A stretch of 54,092 nucleotides of DNA from an uncultured Anaerolineaceae bacterium (GTDB taxonomy: Bacteria; Chloroflexota; Anaerolineae; Anaerolineales; E44-bin32). Each line of letters starts with the position of its first letter. Positions within the stretch are counted from its first letter, which is position 1. Below are positions 35,879 to 43,967 of this stretch, piece after piece. Location: the NCBI GenBank assembly GCA_964353875.1, contig CAYGXU010000009.1, positions 1 to 54,092 on the forward strand, in the 5' to 3' direction. A program made the position numbers and the translations under genes. Under the pieces are notes generated by a model. It was not told the DNA's origin, ran no database searches, and worked only from the letters and a program-made list of their open reading frames with translations.

Positions 35879-37105
35879 TTATTGGGGCTTTCCACATTCG
35901 GCCGGCATAGTGTACTCTCCAAGAAAATGGCATGTTTCGTGACCAGCCTGATCACGGGCTTTTGAGTAGAGCGCAATATGGAATCGATCCGGAGCTGGGG
36001 ACGCCCAAGATGGATCGATTTCAATCTGAATTGAACCATCGTAACAGCCATCCCATCCACCCTCTTGTGTCGGACCGCCACTACAGAGGGTCAGAGGATT
36101 GGAGAAAATCCAGTCTGTTACGCCGCCATTAACTGGTTCAACCTTATATTTCAGTTTAACCCATTCGATCCCACTTGATGGCGCAGGATCTACCACTCGT
36201 AAGTCCGTGACTGTTACTGTGATTGTACAGACATTCAAATTCCCAGGCGCAGGATCAAGGATGCCCCCGGATATTTGTGGTGGCTGTGTATCGTTCGGCT
36301 TGGGAGTCTCAACTGGCTGGCTTTGAATGATGCATCGCAAAGACTTGCTAGAAGCGGTGGCCTCCTTTCCGTTCAGATGCCAGAATAGCGAGTCGCCATT
36401 AAAAATATTACTGAAACTAGCACTGGGGTATTCCGGAGAGCGTCCGGGGAGGAAGCTTGTAGGCTGACCTCGATCCTTCGGTTCTGGGGAAAAGTAATTA
36501 GCAGAACCAATGGGGATCTCCACCGTCTGATCGTTGGGATTCTGATATCCCCAATAAGCGGTATAAGAATGATCCTCATTTTCTGTGATGCACTCCAGAA
36601 GCGGGATGACTTCTGAAATCCCGGGAGTTGCAGTCGGGACAGAGTTAGTCTTCGTTGCTGTCGGAGTCACAATGGGCGTCATCGTCATTGTGGCTATGGG
36701 TTTGGTCGTCGCGAGAGGTAATGGAGTTGCAGCCGTTTCAGTTGTCGTTGGAGGGATGATCACTGTCTCGGTGGGGAATGTTGGCTGAGAAACGATAGCC
36801 GCCTGCCCAGTGGCCGTTGGAACCAGCCCCCATAAATCTTGTTCTAATTTAGTCCTGGTTTCGGATGATAATTCTGCATCTCCAAAGATCTCATCCAGGA
36901 TGGCCAGTTGCAGGGTTTTCAGCGTGCCGCCAAAGATATCCGGACCATAATCCGCAAGCAGGTTAGATCGTAAGTGGAGATAGAATGAAGATCTAATCTC
37001 AGGGGAAAATCCCATCCAGAGGATAAGTAGGATCCATAGGAATAATACAGGCAAAAAAACCCCTAAAGCTTCGATCAACCAGGAGCTTTCTGATCGCCTG
37101 TCCAA
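35879..37105 (-). CDS. Membrane-anchored surface protein with a Thr/Pro-rich linker and two extracellular domains (paralog B)
   Basis: N-terminal TM (WLIEALGVFLPVLFLWILLILW), the motif ADYGPDIFGGTLKTLQLAILDEIF paralogous to protein A, a T/P-rich linker, a middle domain (YTAYWGYQNPN...GQPTSFLPG) and a C-terminal Cys-containing domain. It overlaps the upstream gene by 31 nt. Confidence 0.7.
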   Translation of the reverse strand: MDRRSESSWLIEALGVFLPVLFLWILLILWMGFSPEIRSSFYLHLRSNLLADYGPDIFGGTLKTLQLAILDEIFGDAELSSETRTKLEQDLWGLVPTATGQAAIVSQPTFPTETVIIPPTTTETAATPLPLATTKPIATMTMTPIVTPTATKTNSVPTATPGISEVIPLLECITENEDHSYTAYWGYQNPNDQTVEIPIGSANYFSPEPKDRGQPTSFLPGRSPEYPSASFSNIFNGDSLFWHLNGKEATASSKSLRCIIQSQPVETPKPNDTQPPQISGGILDPAPGNLNVCTITVTVTDLRVVDPAPSSGIEWVKLKYKVEPVNGGVTDWIFSNPLTLCSGGPTQEGGWDGCYDGSIQIEIDPSWASPAPDRFHIALYSKARDQAGHETCHFLGEYTMPAECGKPQ

Positions 37106-38982
37106 TTCTGATCCAACCCTCCCGCGCCACTCGTGTAACGCACCCTACGAGCTTGAACTTCGTAGACATTAACAGTCTGCCCAGAATGACGCAAACGCGC
37201 CCGACCATAACGTCCGAATTTAAATTGCTGACGAGCATCCGACAGGCATTCATATGTTGACTGAGAGATCAGGATAGCTCCGCCTCCCAATTCTCGACAT
37301 ATCTCCTGTACGCTGCGCGCTTCTAGTACAATATCGCCAATTACGATTGATTTCAACTGGGACAAATTTCCTACTCCCCCAGCCACGATCTCTCCAGTCG
37401 CAAGCCCCAGCCACAATTCCATGGCAGGCAATCCCTTGCTGGAACGATTTTTATTCCAGCGTTCGATCAAGCCCACAATTTCTAAACTAGCTTGAATTCC
37501 CCGAATCGCTCCATCTTGAGCAGTGAGTTGCTGTGGCAGAATTCCAAAGGCTGCCATCATAGTCCCCCCATCAAAAGTACTGATTTGACCGCCATATCGG
37601 GATAGGACTGGCTCCATGGCACGATACAATTCATCCATAGTTCGAATAAGCGCTTCAGGATCGTCACTACCCATCACAGCGAGAAAATTGATCATGTCGG
37701 CAACCAGAATGGTCGCATCAGAGCAGATCCCTCGCCTCGCTCCCGGCATTGTCTCTGCTTGGTCTAATTGAGAAAAGCGATTCATAGGTGGGGCCTGGAA
37801 AGCACTGGCATAAGAGCCGCTCTCCCGTAAACCCGTGACCAGGGTGTTAAACGAATCAGCTAATAAACCGATCTCATCGTTGCTACGCGTCTTTACCTGG
37901 GTATCGAGATCCCCTGCCGCAACTTGGGCAGAAGCCGCGGCGATTTCAATGAGTGGGCGTGTGATCGTATGAGAGATCAGCAGCCCAATAGTCACTACAA
38001 GTACCAATGCTGCTGCACCATAACGAGCCACCAGAAGCACATTTTCAAAAAATGCGCCCTGCAATTGGATATCCTGCTTGGCAATCCCCAAGAAGCCCAA
38101 ATCGACAGTTTTATTCCTTGCCTCGAATTGGGTTAACACCTCTCGAAAAGAATCCCCGGCTACACTCACATTTCTTACTATACTTTGCTCGGCGCTTTTT
38201 GTAACGATTTCGGAAATGAGCGAGCTCTCGAGCGTGAGTCGATCTTTGGGTTCAAGTTGAAATGATGATCCCCGGAGAGCGCCAGTTGTGAGATCATAGA
38301 CGCTGATGTTCACCCCGATCTCATCTTGAAGCTGTAAAAGCATATTCTCCAAGTAATTCCCTACTAGAACAGCCCCAATAATGGCTCCCTGGTTGTCCCT
38401 TAAAGGCGCGCCTAAAACAAAGACACTGATTTCATTTTGATCCATTTGTAACGCTTCCAGGCCAACCCACTTATCTCCCTGAGCGTCGTCTTCCCCAGAT
38501 AGGATCTGATTGATAAAGGTCCAATCTCTGTATAGGGTCTCACCGCGAAGAATCTCATAATCGCCAGCTGAGCCTTGAGGATGATGGCGTATCGTCAGTA
38601 AGCTGATGGCTTCTCCATCCAACACAACGGCTACGTCCACGCCAGCATTAATAACCAGGGGCAGCACCCTGGCGCGCAAATCCTCCGCGCTCTGCATTGC
38701 AACTCCCTGAGGGACACCCTCGGTATTCGCAATCAAACGTTCCAACTCGAGCATATCCCGCTCAACGCGGACAATGGCATCTGTGACCCGCTTCCCTCGA
38801 TCTGCAAGGTCCTCTAAAAAGTGAAACTCATCCATCTGACTCATCACTTGGTTTACAAGAAAAGCTGCCCCTAGCCCAAGCAACAGTGCCAGAAAGATGA
38901 ACGGCAGTGTAATTTTCCAACGTAAACTAAATCGAACGCGTGCCCGAGAACCTTTTCTCACACTCATCGTCAGCCTTAACAT
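37075..38982 (-). CDS. Membrane sensor protein: extracytoplasmic Cache-like domain, HAMP domain, and a class III nucleotidyl cyclase-like (apparently degenerate) domain
   Basis: Two TM segments flank a ~290-aa loop. HAMP segment: RPLIEIAAASAQVAAGDLDTQVKTRSNDEIGLLADSFNTLV. Cyclase-like segments: ILVADMINF..., GGTMMAAFG, LGLATGEIVAGGVG, IGDIVLEARS. Confidence 0.75.
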   Translation of the reverse strand: MLRLTMSVRKGSRARVRFSLRWKITLPFIFLALLLGLGAAFLVNQVMSQMDEFHFLEDLADRGKRVTDAIVRVERDMLELERLIANTEGVPQGVAMQSAEDLRARVLPLVINAGVDVAVVLDGEAISLLTIRHHPQGSAGDYEILRGETLYRDWTFINQILSGEDDAQGDKWVGLEALQMDQNEISVFVLGAPLRDNQGAIIGAVLVGNYLENMLLQLQDEIGVNISVYDLTTGALRGSSFQLEPKDRLTLESSLISEIVTKSAEQSIVRNVSVAGDSFREVLTQFEARNKTVDLGFLGIAKQDIQLQGAFFENVLLVARYGAAALVLVVTIGLLISHTITRPLIEIAAASAQVAAGDLDTQVKTRSNDEIGLLADSFNTLVTGLRESGSYASAFQAPPMNRFSQLDQAETMPGARRGICSDATILVADMINFLAVMGSDDPEALIRTMDELYRAMEPVLSRYGGQISTFDGGTMMAAFGILPQQLTAQDGAIRGIQASLEIVGLIERWNKNRSSKGLPAMELWLGLATGEIVAGGVGNLSQLKSIVIGDIVLEARSVQEICRELGGGAILISQSTYECLSDARQQFKFGRYGRARLRHSGQTVNVYEVQARRVRYTSGAGGLDQNWTGDQKAPG

Positions 38983-38998
38983 CCATTTCTTGACTCGA

Positions 38999-39223
38999 TT
39001 AGCGCAAGAAAAATGATAGAAGGATTAAAATAACTACAAAGCTACCGGCGATCACGCCAATTCTTCGAAGATCCCTTTTCACGTAACTATAGTCCGGCTG
39101 AAAATCCCTCTGCCCTCCAATCCCTCGCGCTTGTCCGGAGGAGGCTACATTAGATAAAGTTGCATCAGATACGATGGGTACTGATGGTCGGCGGATTTTC
39201 TTTTTCTTTTCCTTTTTGCTCAT
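38999..39223 (-). CDS. Small basic protein with a C-terminal TM helix
   Basis: 74 aa with a Lys-rich N-terminus and IGVIAGSFVVILILLSFFL at the C-terminus. It sits between the sortase and sensor genes with short gaps. Confidence 0.5.
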   Translation of the reverse strand: MSKKEKKKKIRRPSVPIVSDATLSNVASSGQARGIGGQRDFQPDYSYVKRDLRRIGVIAGSFVVILILLSFFLR

Positions 39224-39250
39224 AGAGTTTCTCTCCTAGGGTATGAATAT

Positions 39251-40165
39251 CTACTGTACTTGTAGTTCGCCGAAGACCACAATTCGTTGCGTATCGACGA
39301 GGTAGGGGTAACAAGAGATGAGAGTGATAGTCGGCGTTTCAGTTGCCTCCATCACACTCACCTCCGTTGAAACCACAATACGTAAACCAGTGACTAAGTA
39401 GACATACTCGCGCGTGGCAGTCATGATACGGATCTCATCCCCTGGTTTAAGCTGATCGAGATTGCGGAAGAGTTCCCCAAAAATGTCATTATGAGCGGAT
39501 AAAATCAAATTACCTGACTGTCCTGGGTCTGCGCTGCTAATATGCTGACCAACCCCTTTCTTTAATTGCTCCCATCCATCCCCTTGCACAATCGGCTGGG
39601 GATTCGCCCACAAAGATTCAATGAGAATCTGCCGAGCTTGCTCAGGGCCGGGCGTGGGAATGGGGAACTGAGGCAAAGATTGTACCAAGGGACGTAAATT
39701 TGCGGGGATCTCAGCGTCATTTGGCCTTGCTCCCCCAGGGGAAGTCGGTGGCATGTGCCCCGAAGGCAGCACAACCGCCGTGATCAAGGGAGTGGTTGTG
39801 GATGTGGGCAATGTCATCGCCTCTTCCGCCTCTCGGTTGAGCACTTGCAATAGGCCAAATCCTTTTAAGAATAGGAAAGCCATTCCGAAAACTGCCAAAA
39901 TTTCAACCCATAATAGCATTCGATTGAAGACAGCACGAAACATATTCGTAAAGTTGATTCGAGGTTTCTCATCGCCATCGTTCTCCCCCTTCCCCTGCTC
40001 AAATTGACTTTCTTCATCGACTTCGGTGACTGGGAGTGCCCTGCCAGTCTTACGAAAACGTTGCAATCGCGTGGCATGCGCCTCACGCTTCTTGCGCGCC
40101 AGGACTGCCTCCAATTCCTCAATGGAATAGTCCCCGATCGAATGTCTTTCCCTGCCCATGCTCAC
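39251..40165 (-). CDS. Sortase family transpeptidase (class E-like) with an N-terminal cytoplasmic extension and a TM anchor
   Basis: GNLILSAHND (catalytic His), TLISCYPY (TLxTC Cys motif) and QRIVVFG (Arg). Confidence 0.85.
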   Translation of the reverse strand: MSMGRERHSIGDYSIEELEAVLARKKREAHATRLQRFRKTGRALPVTEVDEESQFEQGKGENDGDEKPRINFTNMFRAVFNRMLLWVEILAVFGMAFLFLKGFGLLQVLNREAEEAMTLPTSTTTPLITAVVLPSGHMPPTSPGGARPNDAEIPANLRPLVQSLPQFPIPTPGPEQARQILIESLWANPQPIVQGDGWEQLKKGVGQHISSADPGQSGNLILSAHNDIFGELFRNLDQLKPGDEIRIMTATREYVYLVTGLRIVVSTEVSVMEATETPTITLISCYPYLVDTQRIVVFGELQVQ

Positions 40166-40550
40166 AAGTCCAAGATATACAATTCAACACGATGTGTGCT
40201 CATCTCGCCGGCATGCCCCAACGAGGTGTTAATTCGTCATGAAGGACGAATCCCGTGCAGTGATTATACACGAACAATGGAACCGCGCTTGTGGGGGCAT
40301 AACCATAAAATCCGGCACTTTGCGATAGATAAGGATCTATAAACATCAGCAAGTTTGTGCCGAAACTTAACCCTGGTTGGTTTCAATGAAGGATCACCAA
40401 TACCAGGATGAATTTAATCGATTGCTTTATAATCCGGAACAAGATTATGGCGAATGGCTTTTTATCCCGATTCCTGTGGAAGAGGTTCTATTCCCGACAG
40501 GGGTTGAACACGATTGCGATCCATCCAATTTCAGATGAGGAGTGTCATTC

Positions 40551-41729
40551 ATGAGCTATAACTACGCAATCATCGGTTCTGGGCGACAAGGAACAGCAGC
40601 AGCATATGACCTGGCTCGCTTCTGTGATGCAAAGACTCTTTTGATGGCAGACATCGATGATAAACAGGCTGCCAGCGCAGCAAAACGTTTAAACGCGCTA
40701 CTCAGACAGTCCGTGGCACAACCAATCCGGCTCGACGCTGAAGATCCAAAAGCTGTACGAGCTTTCCTGCAAAAATACCAAGTCGACGCCTTAATCGGCG
40801 CAACTCCATTTTTCCTCAACCTCGGGCTTACACAGGCTGCTATCGATACAGGCGCTGGAATGACCGACTTCGGCGGGAATAGCGAAATCGTATTCAAACA
40901 AATTGATCTTTCTGAGCACGCTGCTGCTGCCGGAATATCGATCGTACCGGATTGTGGTCAGGTACCCGGGATGGGAACCACCCTTGTACTCTACGCAATG
41001 GAAGCATTGGATGAGCCTCGCGATGTTTTTATGTGGGATTGTGGTCTGCCAGTACATCCGGAACCCCCCTGGAATTATCACCTGACTTTTAGCATTGAGG
41101 GTCTGACAAATGAGTATTACGGCGACTGTCATTTCATCCGAGAGGGGCAGACAGTGCAGATCCCTGTCCTGGAAGAATACGAGACCCTTGAGTTCCCAGA
41201 ACCACTGGGTAGATTGGAGGCTTTTACAACTGCTGGCGGGCTCACAACCGCGGCTCACACTTTCGCCGGTAAATTACAGACTCTCCAAAACAAGACTCTC
41301 CGCTACCCGGGCCACTTCGCATATGTCAAAGTCATGCAGCAATTGGGGTTTCTCGAACTAGACCCGATCGATGTGGATGGCCAGAAGGTGATCCCGCGTC
41401 ATGTCCTCCATACTCTCTGGGATCCCCTAATCCGTGCCAATCCGGACACACACGATCTCATCTTCATTCACATCATCGCTCGAGGGCTAAAAAATAGCCG
41501 AGAGACTGAAGTACAAGTCGACCTATTGCACTTTTTCGACGAGACCACTGGCTTTACGGCGATGGAACAAGGTACCGGTTGGCACGCTGCCATCCTAACT
41601 GGTGCCATCACTCGAGGGGAGGTTTCCAAGGGGGTCATCCCGGTCGAGAAAGCGATGAGCGGATCTGACTTTGTCAGGCAGGCTGCAAGACGAGGCTTCC
41701 AGATCAAGCGGACTATTCGGCCAGGCTAA
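40551..41729 (+). CDS. Saccharopine dehydrogenase family oxidoreductase
   Basis: IIGSGRQGTAAAYDL Rossmann motif and a Sacchrp_dh-like C-terminal half. ATG 40551 is preceded by GAGGAG. Confidence 0.8.
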   Translation: MSYNYAIIGSGRQGTAAAYDLARFCDAKTLLMADIDDKQAASAAKRLNALLRQSVAQPIRLDAEDPKAVRAFLQKYQVDALIGATPFFLNLGLTQAAIDTGAGMTDFGGNSEIVFKQIDLSEHAAAAGISIVPDCGQVPGMGTTLVLYAMEALDEPRDVFMWDCGLPVHPEPPWNYHLTFSIEGLTNEYYGDCHFIREGQTVQIPVLEEYETLEFPEPLGRLEAFTTAGGLTTAAHTFAGKLQTLQNKTLRYPGHFAYVKVMQQLGFLELDPIDVDGQKVIPRHVLHTLWDPLIRANPDTHDLIFIHIIARGLKNSRETEVQVDLLHFFDETTGFTAMEQGTGWHAAILTGAITRGEVSKGVIPVEKAMSGSDFVRQAARRGFQIKRTIRPG

Positions 41730-41785
41730 TGAATGAAAATAGGGTAGAGAGATGGCCTGGCCTGTCAAAAATCAAAGCAGATCAC

Positions 41786-41815
41786 AAAGGCGACCCCTGT
41801 GGTCGCCTTTGGATT
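41786..41815. terminator. Hairpin terminator in a convergent spacer
   Basis: AAAGGCGACC-cctgt-GGTCGCCTTT. The short A/U flanks make it potentially bidirectional. Confidence 0.5.
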
Positions 41816-42181
41816 GAGCAGGCACATGCCCTACCATCCATCAATAATCCATTGAAATCCTCGTGATGACCCTTGAGATCACTTATGGCTTGATCCATCC
41901 GCGAACTTTAGACCTGGGCAAGGGTTCTTACCAATCATCTGAAGTATGGAAAAATCATCACCCACATCATGAGAGATCAATGCTATCCATTGACCTCCCC
42001 TGCCTCGGGGTATTCGGTCGATTAACAAGCCAGAGTCCCCCTGCCCCGAATGACTTGCCCTTGAGGAATTGTTGGGGAACTTATCATAGCGTTGGTAGAT
42101 TCGTAAGTGTGGAAAAAAATCAGATATTGACTGAAGTCCCTTCAAACCAGGTTGGGCTTGTGTTATGGAACCGATTGCACA

Positions 42182-42919
42182 TTAGAAAAGGTGAATCGTT
42201 AAACCGGCCAAAGTGCCTAGACCGATCGAACAGAGGGTTCCGATGAGGAAATACTCGGCAAAAGCTGGGTCTTTAAACTGAGGGTAACGCGCAGCAGCCT
42301 TGGCGGCAACAGCAAAACCCACTGCCGTCAAGCCTCCCGCCAGGATGAGCGCTAACGTAAACAAACGCTCCAGGATGCCAATCACCTCTCCAGCTCCAAG
42401 GTGGGGCTCGATTCGATCTGGGACACCTCCCGCCCGTACCAGTCCTATCACCCCAACTGTCACCATCGTAGCCCAGCAGAACATCGCCACCACCGCTAAA
42501 AGGACCATCAGAATTTGGGTTGGAAAATCAGGAGGGGCAACATTAGCAAGCGGGATTACGTCATTAAAGCCAAGTGCAGCACTCCCGGCAGGGAACAAGG
42601 CGAACAAGAAGGGGAGCAGGTGTGCCCAAGGCTTACCCAACTTATTGGGGCCCTTCCCCTCGCGCTTCACCAATCGACGAATCGTAAACCCGGCTGCCTC
42701 GCCTGAAATCACTGCGATCACAAAAAGAGCAAGCAGGACGAAAAAACGTCTTGTTTGAAGGAACCAGACGGTGAAAACCAAGCACCAGATGAGAATCCGC
42801 ATTAAAGTACGTTGCCATCTCCATCGAGATGTGAAACGCTCCAGAGCGGACTTGCGTGTTTGGAAACCATATTCCGTGATGAAAATATTCAGGAGAGCGA
42901 GGAGATAAAGATCGACCAT
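42182..42919 (-). CDS. DUF3307 (SatC-like) integral membrane protein
   Basis: 245 aa and multi-pass, with an N-terminal ..ITEYGFQT.. segment resembling the DUF3307 DF.lQ motif. It starts 6 nt after the stop codon of the SatD-family gene upstream of it. Confidence 0.55.
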   Translation of the reverse strand: MVDLYLLALLNIFITEYGFQTRKSALERFTSRWRWQRTLMRILIWCLVFTVWFLQTRRFFVLLALFVIAVISGEAAGFTIRRLVKREGKGPNKLGKPWAHLLPFLFALFPAGSAALGFNDVIPLANVAPPDFPTQILMVLLAVVAMFCWATMVTVGVIGLVRAGGVPDRIEPHLGAGEVIGILERLFTLALILAGGLTAVGFAVAAKAAARYPQFKDPAFAEYFLIGTLCSIGLGTLAGLTIHLF

Positions 42920-42925
42920 CTGAGG

Positions 42926-43570
42926 TTACCTCTGTGAATTAAAAGCACTCTGGAGGGCAAGGGTCCAAATATGGGTGGCTTCAAGAACCATTTCCGCCTC
43001 CGCTGCTCGAAGATGCTGGCTGACGGCGCTGGGTGTGATCCCTAGTTCAGCCGCGATCGATTTGCCGGACATGCCACCCATGGTGAGGTCCACAACCTGT
43101 TGTTGACGTTCGGTCCATCCATAGCGTAACCCCGCGTACAGCAAAGAATAAATCCCGAAACAGGCCTCTTCCGCTTCAGCCACTACTTCGATCTGCGTCG
43201 CTCGGCGCTCCGCCTGTTCAATTGCTGCTCTTGCCCGATGAAAACAGGGACCATCCATCCCCAAGGCGATGGGCTCTAAGGTCGTATCAAGCCGTCCAAC
43301 CCCCAAACCCATTCTCAGCTCCACGGGATGGACGATCGAGCGGAACAAGGCCATGAGTCGGTCGATCTCCTTCACCGAATGTAATAAGCCCTGGAACTCA
43401 TCGCCGATCGTGAGCACGAAATGGGAAGCGATCCCGGCTGAAAAACGCTCATTGACAAGATCGATTGCCTTCCGCAGCTGCCTTTGAAGCTCCTTCCGAT
43501 CCTGCACCCCTCTCGAACCAACCACATCCCCAATCACAGCCAGGAAAATTGATCGTCCCATTTCAAACAA
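42926..43570 (-). CDS. SatD family protein (cyclase-like fold with a C-terminal HTH)
   Basis: AVIGDVVGSR..., LTIGDEFQGLL, RMGLGVGRLDT...GMDGPCFHRARAAIE, and a C-terminal LuxR/sigma-R4-like helix-turn-helix (SGKSIAAELGITPSAVSQHL). Confidence 0.7.
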   Translation of the reverse strand: MFEMGRSIFLAVIGDVVGSRGVQDRKELQRQLRKAIDLVNERFSAGIASHFVLTIGDEFQGLLHSVKEIDRLMALFRSIVHPVELRMGLGVGRLDTTLEPIALGMDGPCFHRARAAIEQAERRATQIEVVAEAEEACFGIYSLLYAGLRYGWTERQQQVVDLTMGGMSGKSIAAELGITPSAVSQHLRAAEAEMVLEATHIWTLALQSAFNSQR

Positions 43571-43653
43571 AACCTCGGTTTTTCCTTGAAGTCACTGGCA
43601 TTCCCTATCTTCGGAGATAAGATTTGATTTTTATTCTGACCTTTTTGATCCAT

Positions 43654-43707
43654 TATTAAGCTATTATGCTTAATATGTTCTATATTTAGCGATAATGCTT
43701 AATAATG
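43654..43707. promoter_or_regulatory. Candidate operator array upstream of the SatD-family gene
   Basis: Palindrome TATTAAGC-N6-GCTTAATA (43654..43675) plus a direct repeat of ATGCTTAATA (43666..43675 and 43695..43704), 29 nt apart, in an AT-rich spacer. Confidence 0.4.
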
Positions 43708-43967
43708 ACCTATTTTAGCATATAGACTGAATATTGATCAAGGGCAAGTTGGGCATGATATCAGAGGATCCAAACAGCGGGATCGTCCTCTTCTGGATCG
43801 AAATTTCTTCATTGAAAAAACGGCTATCTGAGGGAAATATCCACAAGAAAGCCAGGGAAGTCAGCAATGAAAAAAACCATTGAATAACCAAGATCATACT
43901 TAACGAAAAACAGCCTTATCTGCAGATCCCTTAGATCAACAGGAATTCGATCTGGTTTGCCTCTGCT

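Noticed and set aside
34695-37105. Type IV prepilin-like signal at the N-termini of the two TP-linker proteins (FPLEALL, WLIEAL)
   Set aside because: The hydrophobic helix with an early Glu looks pilin-like. However, there is no Gly (or Ala) at the -1 position in the right register, the Glu spacing is off by one in at least one paralog, and no prepilin peptidase or pilus assembly genes are nearby.
40386-40538. LysW-type amino-group carrier identity for the 50-aa ORF next to the saccharopine-dehydrogenase-like gene
   Set aside because: It lacks the paired Cys zinc-ribbon and the C-terminal EDWGE-type tail of LysW.
41879-42145. 88-aa minus-strand ORF downstream of the DUF3307 gene (possible third sat-operon gene). 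Also the overlapping 127-aa plus-strand ORF.
   Set aside because: No motifs, a Gly/Arg/Ser-rich composition, mutually overlapping frames and no Shine-Dalgarno sequence. This is insufficient evidence for a gene.
43715-43897. 60-aa hydrophobic minus-strand ORF upstream of the SatD-family gene
   Set aside because: It is short, lies in very AT-rich sequence and abuts the putative operator/promoter region. It cannot be distinguished from a chance ORF.
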